DNA of 53,369 nt, filler included, from Jimgerdemannia flammicorona (Eukaryota): NCBI GenBank assembly GCA_003990765.1. It is 3 parts of 3 records of this genome, joined end to end, with 100 filler letters (N's around TTAATTAATTAA, not from the genome) between each part and the next. Parts side by side here need not be neighbours in the genome. Positions count along the whole stretch, not along the records: positions 1 to 17,723 come from RBNJ01002437.1; positions 17,824 to 35,546 come from RBNJ01002438.1; 1 more part is not named here. One strand, written 5' to 3'. The translations under genes were made by a program, and so were the position numbers. The notes beneath the pieces are model-generated. The model ran no database searches. It worked only from the letters and a program-made list of their open reading frames with translations, and was not told the DNA's origin. Positions 11,020-23,292 of this stretch are shown one piece after another. Position 1 is the stretch's first letter. The number at the start of each line of letters is the position of its first letter.

Positions 11020-12210
11020 TTTTTTTTTGTTTAACAGACTCATATCCCATGGATTTTTATTGGAAGGGAACCTAGACTATATAGGCCAAAACCCTCCCCC
11101 ACCACCCACCAAGCACTGCCCCCCCATTAACCTAGACTAGCTATTGTCCAGCAGCTCGACTATGTCAGGCGCAGCAGAGTTGATAAGCCCGCACCTCATT
11201 CTGCACACTATGCTCTCCCTACCACCAGGGGAAACCCAACCATATGCCAACGACCAAAAGTGTATGCCTGAGAACCCAACGTATGTACAAGGCCACGCCC
11301 AAGCTGAATAGAATAGCCCCTGCCACCCCAAAAAGAATGACAGGCAAATAAAAAACCCTCATCAAAGCACAATATGGTGGGTAGGGCCTGGTTCTCCCAG
11401 TTGAGGTGAGTAAAGGACTTACACATAAGGTGGGAGGAAACCCCCAATACCCCACTACTCAAGCCTGTGGGCCTCAATCACGTTGTCATGTCAGCTCCCG
11501 GTTCCAGTTGAGTGTAGCCAAGATGTCTGAAATGGGTAGCCTCGGGCCTCCTGACCCCCCCTGATGACTGGGGCCCAACCCTGCTGACTGCCAAAAGAAG
11601 CCGATAGTGACACCTACTACCTAACCACACTGCACCAATCAAAAGACCCCACCGAAGCAGCACCTGCCCCAGCCCTGACGACTGCCCCCAGCCTGGCACC
11701 CTACTGGTTCACCGTAATCACCCTTCCACCTATCTGTGATGGCCATCTTCCCTCCCATCCCAACAACACCCGAAAAGCAGTCACCTACGCCAGAACCGCA
11801 CTCGCCGGGAAGCTCGCCAAAGCCAGAGGGCCCCACTACAGGCACCGAGGACCTGTAAGTAACCTACACTGAGCACTTGATGCCCAAGGTCGGCCGACTC
11901 CCTATCTAGCCTGAGACATACTGAGACAACTCCTTGTTGGCAATGGCAAAAGGAAGAAGGCGCCGCACTAAAACGGGTACACCCCAGACACAGCTGAAGG
12001 CACTAGAATCTGCGAAAAAGTGGAGGAAGCACCGATCTGATACTGATAAAGGGGCAACTCATCACCATTGCCCTTCTCCCACCATGCCCCTGCAGGCACA
12101 GCAAACCAACCTGAGGTAGAGGGGGTAATATTAGGGGAAAGGAGACTCGGAAGGTCGCCTACCAAATCTTGTGACCAGTAAGGTAGCGGAGAAAAGAGCA
12201 ATCAGACTTG
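11020..12210 (-). mobile_element. Non-LTR retroposon insertion with poly(A) tail and 15-bp TSD
   Basis: TSD GTGACTTTTCAGCTC at 11005-11019 and 12211-12225; T-run at 11020-11028; 3' end resembles 40478-40644. Confidence 0.85.
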
Positions 12211-12733
12211 GTGACTTTTCAGCTCACAAGAACTCACAGTCAAACTAGATACATTTGATACAATACCAATCTCTGCCACCACAGGAGAACTAGTTATCAC
12301 CAGCATCTGGACAAGAAGAGAAGTAATCACATCAAGACTTACCAACTACCCAGCATCAGAAGGATCTCAACCAGAACCAGAAACCAGTATAGCCCAAAAT
12401 CCCCAACTAGATCAACCAGACAATACAGGTGGTCCTGTTGGAGATTTTGAAGAACTTGCACAAGAACTAGAAGATCTTATTATATAAGCCTGAGATCTTA
12501 TAGCCAGATACTCCATTTTAGTCCTACCAATCTCACCAATAGAACCTTTACCACCAGTCTTTGCAGAATTGAAAGTAGCTTCTACAAGAATACCTAGGCT
12601 TATTGCACTCTATCTAAGACCCAGAACACCATCCTCAGGATACCCAAGCACCCCCATCTCCAGTGACAGCTCAGAAAGTGAATCAGAATCAGAATTCAGA
12701 CCAGAACCAGAATCAGAAGAAAGTGATAATAAA

Positions 12734-15700
12734 ATGGCCACCTCATTGCCAACCTTTACAGGATATCTAGAGAAAGACCCCAGAGAATTCCTTGATAGAA
12801 TTGAAGGAATTGCAGCCCTGAGGAATCTCTCAGATGAAAGAAAAATCACCATCTACAAGGCCCAGCTCAGAGAACCAGCCAGAGGAATTTTCCACCAAAC
12901 AGCAAATGATCCAAATTCAGAACTAGCAAGACAGATATAAACAGCAGCATATTATGAGCTAGAATATGTGGCCATGGTCCACTGGCTTATTGAAAAGTAT
13001 GCAGGAAATGAAACCTGCCACAAGGCTTAAGAATCTATCATGGAGATGAAGATGAATCTTAGAGAATCACCCAGAGCCTTCTTCACAAGAATCTAGAAAA
13101 GAATGTATTCCACCAGATTCAATGCCACCAATCAGGACATCATAGGTCCAATGACCTTCATGAATGGAATTCCCCCAAACATTGCCCAGTATGTCTGCAC
13201 TCTAGGCATCAGAAGGTCCAAAGAGTAAGTAGATATAGCCCAAGGATTCTTTGATGTCAGATAAGGAACTACCTGGAGTGATCATGACAAGAAAGAAGAT
13301 AAAGAAGATATCCTGGTCAAAGCCCTACAAGGACTCCTTCAAGAACAAGAAAGGTCCAAGAAAGAAGGCCAGCCAAAGGGAAGAAGGACAGGAGTGAAAT
13401 TCAAGACCTCAGCTCTAAATTGGACCAATTGATTGAGCAGATTGAAAAACTTACCACATGCAAAAATCAGAGTTATCAAGACAACAGAGGATACCCTCCA
13501 CAAAGAAGTCAAGGTTATCTATTAAGAGATAATAGGAGCTACCAGTAAGAGGAAAGAAGATACTCTACCTGAGAGAGAGCCCAAGTCCAATGCTTTTACA
13601 GTAGATAATTCAGACACTATGCTACTGAATTTGACAACAAAAGAAATGACTAAAGAGACTCAGAACTATCAAACCAAAGGAATGATACTCAGAACAAGAA
13701 AACTGAAGCCCACCCTGTTGAAGATTTCAAGGAAGCAAGCAACAGTGAAGACTACAGTGACCTAGACTTGTACCCTATCAAGGTTACCATCCAAAAAACA
13801 GTCTACCCAGCATAGAAGAGGAAGAGACCCATAGGAAGACCATCCAGAAATATCAGCAGAAGAATCATCCAAGAAGAAGATGAAGAACATGAAGAGGAGC
13901 AGATAGAAATACCTCCCCAAACCCCCTCACCTTTTGTCTCCAAGACAAATGAGCTACCACCAGAAGATGAAGAAATAGAACAAGAGGAATAGGAACCTGC
14001 TGCCCCAAAGCCCAAGAAGAAGTATACCCCAAAGACCATGCCCAGAGACATCTACAATGAAGTCTGGCAGAATATTCAAGAAGCCAAGATAGAGGTCCCT
14101 CTTCTGCAGTTCCTGCAACTAACACCAGCTGGAGTTCAAAACAAATTACTGAGGACCACCAGGTCCAGTACTGGCCAAGTTCCAATCCCACAGCAAGAAC
14201 TAGTTCCCATCTCTGTCCAAACAGCTGAGAGACATGTCAGCACCTACCTATATAGAGATATTGGAGGACAAAAAGTGAAAATCCTCATAGACACAGGAGC
14301 AGCTGTCTGTGTCATTGCCAAATGATTTCTTGATACCCTCCAATGGCCCATTGATGGACCATCCAACCTCAGCATCATAGTAGCAGATGGAGCCCAAACT
14401 CAACCCCTTGGAGAAGTATGAAACATCACTATTTCCCTTGGACACATTCAGTTCTCTATCCCAAAAGCTATTGTCACTGAAGCTGTCATCTATGACATAA
14501 TCCTTGGCACCAACTGGATGAAGGAAATGAATACAGTTGTTGATATCAGTCAACAAGTACTCAAGTTTGACTACTGAGGCAAGAAGTACAGAGTTAAGGT
14601 GACCAGCTATGAGCAATTGAAGAAGAAGAAGAAGGTCATCATCCAGGAGAAATATACCAGCAGCAAAGAATCTACCACAGAAGAAGAGGAAGAATCTGAA
14701 GATGGAAATGATCCCAGACTCAACCCCCAAATTAACCTGGTGGATGACAGACCAGAAGACAATGTATGGGTCAAGAACACTGTCCCCATTACCATCAGAG
14801 CCATTGCAGGAGAAATCAAAGGATGCCCCACCTGCCTTAAGAGATACAAGTGCCCTGAGCACTCCTCTAAGATCATTGGAAGAAGGAATTCGCCTGACAC
14901 AGCCTACCCAGAGTGCAGAAAGAAGGAGAAGAAATGCAGACATGTTCCAGAAACACCTGCAGCCAAAGCTGCAGAAGTATAAGCAATTTGGGGCCAAGAA
15001 TTATCTGAGGAAGAAGAAGCTTCTAACCAAGAAGTTCCTGAACAAGAAGTACCTGAAGAAGAAGAGGTCCCTGAACTCATTCTCTGAGATGACTCTCACT
15101 GGATACCACCTGAAGATAATGACCCCTGGAATATCAAAGAAGAATCCAGTACAATCCCCATTATTCCAAAGAAAGAAATACATCAAGAAAGAGCTTTCTG
15201 GTTGGGAAGATGCCCACATCAAATGGTCTTCCACTCTCTCCAAGACTACTGCTACCAGTGCCATCTACTGGACTAGTAAGAAAGATAGAGACCTCAAAGA
15301 CCAGAACCCCCAACTATAGTTGTGCAGTCAACCATCTTTCAAAAAGTTACCATAAGGTTACAAAGTCGATTTAGAGAATAAGGCTTCTTCACCTGAACAG
15401 AAATATATTCCTTGTCTATCCTTTCCCCAACTTATGACCAAGATGGGTACTGATTCCCAAGATAACAAGAAATCAAAAATCAGGAACATCATTTCAGAGC
15501 AATGGAATATTGTAACCATAAAAGACACCCAGACTGCTGAGACTGTAGACATCAGAAGATTCATCTCAGTCATAACATTGCAGTCCATACTTTGAAGAGA
15601 GGAGACAATAGAGATCAGATCCAAAAAAGCTAGACCAAGAAGCCAAGAAGAAGAACCCTCAAGATCTATGATTTAGGAGAAGACATCCTAGCTCTCATCA

Positions 15701-17715
15701 GACATGCAACCTGCCAAGGATAGACAGAAGATACCACCAACTTCATGGAAGTCCTAGACCCTACAAGAAGAAGAGAAATCAATTATCTCTAAGACCCCTC
15801 CACTGGAGCCAGGTGGTCACACCTCAATCTTAGAGCCTGGAGGCTCTCTGCTAGTAGAGCCTCAGCTCAAGGACAGCCTGAACTCAGCAAGGATATTGCC
15901 CAGTATACTCTGCTACATCCCAAGGCCAAACCCCCGACCAAAGTATACCCAGAGGATGTAGGGTATGATCTTTACAGTCTGGAGGATGAATCTATCAAGC
16001 CTGGAAAAAAATTTATAATCAGAACCAGGCTAGCCATGCAGCCACCCCAAGGAGCTTACATCCAACTGATCTCAAGGTCTAGACTTACCAGACAAGGAAT
16101 AACTATAGAAGGAGAAATCATTGACCCAGGATATACAGGTGAAATCAAGGTTATCCTACACAACAGCAGTACAGAATGGCACTGAATTATTAGAGGACAG
16201 AAGATTGCCCAATCAGTCTTCATGAAGGTCAAGACCCTACAATTACAAGAAGTCTCTGAACTGACTGAAGGAACAAGACAAGCCAAAGGATTTGGGAGCT
16301 TAGATAAGAAAGAAGTACATCTCCTTCAAGTCAATCACCTCAAGAGGAATGTTCCCCAGCAAGTATACTGCCAACCAGTCAAACTGCACAAGAATCTAAT
16401 TCTGGAGCCTGGAGAACAAACTACCTTTGAAATCTTTGCACCACCTGACCCCAGGAATCTTTTCTTCAAACCCAATAAAGATATTCCACACTTGGATATA
16501 GAAGAACACACATTCCCTGACAAGATGAATCTAGTGCACTCCCAAGCAATCAACCAAAGTTGGGAAACCATCATCTTGTCAAAAGGAACTATCATAGGAC
16601 ATCTGGTGCCTTTTCTCAACTGAACTTATAGGAAATTTTATGAACTAAACCTATTGGGAAATGGCAAAAGGTCTCAGAAGAAAGGAAAGGCCCCTCTGCG
16701 ATCCAGGAGACAGTGAAGCCTTCCACCACCATTGGAGAAGAATTGACACCCCAGCAACAGTAACAACTAGTAGAACTTCTCAACAAATATCAAGATATCT
16801 TCACTACTAATTATGGCCTTTCTTTGGTACAATAAGTATAGGGCTGGCCCAGGGGCTGGTAGAGGGTCAGATGACTCCATTGTTTAAGAGTTCTTAAATG
16901 TGCTCCTTTTTGAATGTTTTTAAGTAATGGGGTATTCTATAGAGTTTCTGATGGATGAGTGTTGCATTTTCTGTATTGATGCTATAGTGATATAATGGAT
17001 TGTAAGGATAGAGACTCTGTGTAGATTACAGGAAACTCAATTCAGTCACCAAAAAGGATGCCTATCTTTTGTCCAGAATCGATGACCTTTTGGATCAGTT
17101 ACAGGATGCCAGATACTTCAGCAGTATGGATCTTTTTGCAGGATTCCATAAGATCCCCATGGACCTAAGAGATTCAAAAGACAACCTTCCTTGCTTTAGG
17201 AAAACTGTTTAAATACCTCTGAATGTCTTTTGGACTTTGCAATGCACCCCCCCACCTTTCAGAGGATGAATTCAGTCTATACCCCCTTGATCCACCACTG
17301 TCTGATTATATACATGGACAATTCCAATATCTATTCAATAAATTTCAAAGAATACCTATACTATCTAGAGGAATTCTTCAAGCTCACCTGCAAGAACCAC
17401 TTGAGACTAAATGTAAATAAATGCTACTTTGGGAAACAGAAACTTGAATTCCTTGAATTTATGGTTTTGAAAGAAGAAATCCATGCAGACCTGAAGAAAA
17501 CTGAGAAGATCAACAATTGGCCAGTACCCAAGACCCCAAAGGAAACACTATCATTCCTGATGCTAGTATCCTACTATAGAAGGTTTATCAAGGACTTTGC
17601 TCAAATTGCTGCCCAAATCTGGATCCTTCTCAAGAAAGAAGTATCATTAAAATAGACAGAATCATAAGAAATAGCCTTCAAAGAACTCAAGAACTATATG
17701 ACTACAGCACTAATC
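12734..17715 (+). pseudogene. gag-pol of gypsy family B (gag, degenerate zinc knuckle, protease, Cys-rich insert, dUTPase, RT)
   Basis: MATSLPTFTG...DPREFL (gag), ILIDTGAAV (protease, about 14281), LCVDYRKLN (about 17015), IYMDN (YxDD remnant), FLMLVSYYRRFIKDFA; many stops. Confidence 0.9.
15898..16305 (+). pseudogene. Trimeric dUTPase domain within pol, between PR and RT
   Basis: All five motifs present: VGYDL, ISRSRL, EIIDPGYTGEI, KIAQ, RQAKGFGS. Confidence 0.9.
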
Positions 17716-17723
17716 TTTTTTTT

Positions 17724-17823
17724 NNNNNNNNNNNNNNNNNNNNNNNNNNNNNNNNNNNNNNNNNNNNTTAATTAATTAANNNNNNNNNNNNNNNNNNNNN
17801 NNNNNNNNNNNNNNNNNNNNNNN
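17724..17823. other. Artificial contig linker N44-TTAATTAATTAA-N44
   Basis: Six-frame stop linker embedded in Ns. Confidence 0.99.
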
Positions 17824-20800
17824 CCCCCCCCAGCGACCGCAACTAGATGTTTGAGAATTACATCTTCGACATACCCACCACTCGCGTGTTCCGCAAAATC
17901 GTGGGAGCCGGCTTGGCACTCCAGCGCTTGAAACTGAACAATTTGGGGCACTGCTACCTCTTTGCTCCCTCGCATTCTAATTAGATCTCGACACGAGGGC
18001 GTAGGGTCCATTGTTTTTGACGTCAATTTCCCACCAACGGCGTGTATTACGTCGTGGTCTGGCCGCTCACCAAGCAGTCCGCGTGAAAGACCTCAGCCTA
18101 CCTCGGCTGGTTATGCACACTGTCATTCTTGATTACTGAGAACGAATACGCCGGGATATCGTTCAGGGAGACAATATGCACACTGATCTTGCGCGATATA
18201 TGATCGAACCGCGTAAAAGCCTACCTCGGGTTTGTCGCCATCCAGACTATGACCTCTCACTCATTTCCCACAGCAGCCCCGAGTTGGGGGGTTTTATTAC
18301 ATGGTCTTCGAGCAGGTCCATCAAACCCCTTCGGCTTGGTCTACAACATTGCGGACAGCTTATATGCCAAGCCTTTCGATAAATACATCGAGGACGCGGT
18401 TATCATCCGTTATCTTGTTATTATTATTGTTATTATTAAGATATCAAATAAATGAATGGCAATATAATATATAATTCCTTAAAATAAAAAATATTTATTA
18501 TTTCACATAAAGTTCGTATTGAACGACATTGCTACGCTTTCTATAACAAATATGTCACTTGACGCTGAGGAATACACTCCCATGCGATCTCTTCTTTCTC
18601 TTCATTTCTTTACTTGTTAGGCGTCGCGCGAAGAATGCGTATTGGGGGTATTGTTTGTTTGATGAGATTGCGGTCGTGAATACGGACGAACAGCGCCAAT
18701 ACCATCCATACTGTTATGCTACGAGCAATCTAATCCATACCAACACCATTGAATCTAGACCAGAAAGTGATATATATTCAACAATATTGGATTGCCAGAC
18801 ATCCACAAGACCATATGATGGAAAAAATAATAAGAGTCAGAGTTAAGGCATTATAAACTGCCAGTATTATCTCAGTAATCATCATCAACAGAAACTCACA
18901 ATCTCAAGAACAGAAGAGAGAAGATTTTCTTGAGGAACTTACTAAGATATTTCCTGAAATAAATATATATTTGAAAGATGTAGTTAAGGAAATTCAAAGA
19001 AATCAGAGACTAGTCTAAAATTTTATCACTACAATTGAAAGAATTTCTATCACTTATTTTAAGTATAGAGAAAAAGACTACTATATAAGATATTGTATAA
19101 ATGAAAACCAATTATAAGATTCAATAAAACAATACTATTAGAAATTAGCTAATATAATTACCTTTAAAGAAATTAAGAGATTAAATAATAATAAAGATAT
19201 ATAAATAAGAGATAGACTCTATTTATATATATATAATAAACTTAAAAGAAATTAGTTGGAAAATTAAAGAAGAATTAAATATTAATAGTTATTAAAAATC
19301 TAAGTAATTAAAAAGTTAATATATATAATATTTAAATATTAGTTAGTAAAAATCCTAGCCTTTAGATATATAATAAATAAAAACTAAACTATTTAGAATT
19401 ATTAAAAATTAAGACTTCAAAAATATAAAAATTAATAATGCTTAAAAAATTAAAATATTAATCTATATTATTTATTAAATTGAAGATTAAAATTTTAATA
19501 TAATTATTAATAATAAGTAAAAAATAGTCAACTATTTAAAATAAAAAATAAAAAATAAAATAAAACTAATATTTATTACTATAAATAAAATAAGAGTATC
19601 TATTATAATATAATAGATATATAATAGTAGATTTTCATATCTCTTCTTGATTCCTCAGAGTTACAGATAGTATTTGTCTAATCTCAATATCAGACTACCA
19701 GGGTGAGGCTTAAACTCTTTTGATCTGAGGTTTATTTACTCTAAATACTAGAGATATTTATATAAGTTTACTAACTATATATTGGCTAAGTTAAGACTTC
19801 TTTTTCTGTAAGTTATTTTATATAGTTATATAATCTATATACATATTTATATCTATATAATCTATATAACTATAAGATTAAGTAACTACTAATAATAATA
19901 TTATACTATATTGAAAATCAGATTCAGATACTATAATCAAATATCTATCCTCTGATAGTTATTTCTAATTCAGATTATATATTATAACTTTTTCTAAATA
20001 GATGATCTCATTCTTGAGACATTCTATTCAAACTTAAAAATATATAGTTTATTTCTTCTAAATAGATAGTAATATATATTTAGATGCTAAAAATGAATAA
20101 TAGACTTATAGGTTTTTTTGAAACAGTAGTTATATATCTTATTACATAGTCATATGTAGGTAAATTTGTAGATATTATCAGATAGATAATCTTATCATTC
20201 AGATATATAATCTATATCCAAATTATGTCTAAATTTGACTGCAGGTAATTCACTGGAAAGAATATATACAATTGAAACCTATAACTAATAACTACTATTT
20301 GAATATATATATGTATAACTTTATTCAGAAATATATAGTTGAAAATAAAGATAAATACAGAATACTAACAATCAATAAGTACAGGATATATAATTATAGA
20401 ATAGTAAGTACAGAATAACAATGATGAGCTAGAAGATAATATAATATCAATAATGATAAGTATATAATGATAGCTATAATAGTAAGTATATATATAATAA
20501 TAATAATAATAATAGATATATAATAATAGTGATAATAGTAAATATATAATAATAATAATAATAATAATAACAATAATAACAGTAAGTATACAATAAGAGT
20601 AATAATAAAAGGTAGTAAAAAAAAAAAAACTATATAAAATAAAAAAATAATTCATATCTTAGATAACAACTATAATATGAAATGCTAAGAGTAATGTAGA
20701 ATACTGGGAGGTAAAGTATTTATATAATGAGTTGAAACTATCTTGCAAACTTCACAATAAAGTTAGAACTATATAGAGATTACTTTGATATAGAATACTA

Positions 20801-21518
20801 AGAGACAAAGTACTCATAGAATAACTTAAAACCATTCTGTGAATCTCATAATAATATTTCTGATATATATATATATAAATCATGATCTAAACTATAATAT
20901 TTGCCATAAATATAATAGAATAGTATAATGAATAGAGATAGTCTTGAGTATCTGGTAATATAATACTATTGTTATTGGTATAATTGAAGCCTCAGTAAAT
21001 TAGAAGTACAGCTTGATTTATAGATATGAAGTCTATAATAATAGTGAACTCTGTAGACTTCATAGCTGAGTTATTATAATATATATATCTGGTGATAAAG
21101 TTGAGTTTGAATATATAAAAACAAAAGTCTTTGAAACTTCTTTAAACTACAGTTTTGAAAACATTTGATCAAGAGCTAATATAATATATATATTTTCCTT
21201 CTATTAGTATTGAACAGTATGTAGAATAGTACTTAGAGAAATTCTATACTCATTGATTTCTTCATTATTAGGAGTATCTTCATAGTAGTCACCTTCATAG
21301 TAGAGACTTATTAATTAATTAGACATAGTTTACAAAATATACAAATAGAGTATATATATAAGATAGTATAAAATATAAATAAGATAGAGTATAAATATAT
21401 AGGTATACTATAGTTTATTATATATTTATATAGTTTGTTACATTTTATATATTTATATTTATAGTTTATTATATTTTATATATTTATATTTATATAGTTT
21501 ATTATATTTGATATATAT

Positions 21519-23172
21519 TATAATGGTGACCCCAGAATGATGACATCAGTATAAGAGACAGTCTTTCCTCACAAGCCATTAGATTGGAGCACAAGGAGAT
21601 CATATGGCATATGAGATGAGCAATGATGACTAACTGTGAGTCATTATGACTACAGTACAAACATCCTGAAGAATATAAAAGAAGGATCAAGGAACTACCA
21701 AGATATCTTGGTCAAGGAAAGAATATTCCAAGACATCAGAAGAGCCATGAGGACCTGCTCAAGAAGGACTCCTAGTGTCAACCTAGGTACTGCAGATCCC
21801 TATCACTTTATCCTCTACTGCTGTGAAATAGAAATAAGGATCACTATTGCCACCAAATGTCTTCAAATGTGGCAGGAGTATGAAATAGAAAACCTCCTCT
21901 GCTGGGAGTTCCCACAGACCAGCACTCAAGAGCTACAAGATACCACTCTTATGGATATATGTGAAATGAGGACAGCTAAGAAGATCCATCAGATCTTCAG
22001 ATATGTATCATGGTTGATCCCCAACTTGGAGTATATTAGAGTCTCAGACTTCAGAGATCTGTTATCCTATCATATCAATGCACTAGAAGTCAGGGTAGCT
22101 ACAGAAGCCCAGTCCACTATTACTCTCAATAGTGATAAAGTAGAAGACTTCTGGCATTCCATCCTTCAGGACAACCCAGACCAATTTCTGCAAGGATTGA
22201 TCTCAGTATTCTAAGGCCCAAGCATCCAGGTCAGACCTCCCCAAGACTCCATATTTGTTCCTTATTTTGTAGAAGAAAACCTTATAGATTAGAGAGCCCC
22301 CAATTTCCCTACTGAACATGATGATGTCATTGGTGATGATATCATCCTGCACAACATTGAAACATGTGAAGTACACAAAACATATGACCTATATAATGAA
22401 TTCGCAGATCTTATCTCCTTCAGTGATGATGAGGATGAAGCCTCCATGATCCTGAACTTTCTGCTCTAAGTTCTTTGTTACACTGAATAATGCCACCACT
22501 GGTATTTTGATGTAACACTGAATAATGCCAGCACTGATATTCTGAGGTGACACGAAATTGTTCCAGCACTGGCATTCTGATGTAATACTGAATTATACCA
22601 GTATTCTGAATCTGTACAACCATCAGTGCCGACCCTGGAACTTAGTAGTTTTAGTTATTGGAATTTATATTTAGCTTTATATCTTAGTAACTATTGAATT
22701 ATATTTTGTATAAATATCTCTCTTATTTCCTTTGAAATAAAGTCAGTCAACTCAGTGTAATATACATACTTCCTTGCAAGCAATCTAAGAGATAATAAGA
22801 CAGTTTAAAGATAAGAAGTTTAAGAACTATAAGACCTTGGGAAGGCACTCCAATAAGAACTTGCTTATAATAAACTTGTAGTTAGTCTAAGAGATATACC
22901 TTGAAGAGAATCTGATATATTTGAAGGACTCAATATCCACTATATAACAATATATATAATATAGTCCCCTCAGTCAACTCAGTGCAATACACACTTCCTT
23001 GTAAGCAATCTAAGAGATAACAAGATAGTTAAAGATAAGAAGTTTGAGGACTATAAGACCTTGGGAAGGTACTCCAATAAGAACTTACTTATAACAAACT
23101 TGAGTTAGTCTAAGAGATATATCTTGAAGAGAATCTGGTGTATTTGAAGGACTCAGCAATTACTATGTGACA
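21519..23172 (+). repeat. 5' LTR of family A (contains accessory ORF remnant 21636-22469 and duplicated R-U5)
   Basis: Matches 28872-30595, 43834-45335 and 50412-52416. Confidence 0.93.
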
Positions 23173-23292
23173 ATTTGGTGCCCATTGGCTGGTGATTCAA
23201 GATGAATCCCTCACTTTCAAGCTGAAAAACAAACAATCCCCACAATAACTACCCTGATTACAAGAGTCACCCCTATAAGAATTCAAGACAAG

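Larger units (their letters stand above)
9573..17723 (+). mobile_element. Ty3/gypsy LTR retrotransposon family B (dUTPase-bearing), truncated by contig end
   Basis: Putative 5' LTR, PBS, gag, protease, dUTPase and RT in gypsy order. Confidence 0.85.

Noticed and set aside
17724..17823. TTAATTAATTAA palindrome, equal 17,723-bp segments and cross-gap synteny
   Set aside because: Concatenation artefact; features on different segments are not physically linked.
20365..20655. 96-aa hydrophobic ORF
   Set aside because: Translation of AT-rich (TAA)n-like decayed repeat.
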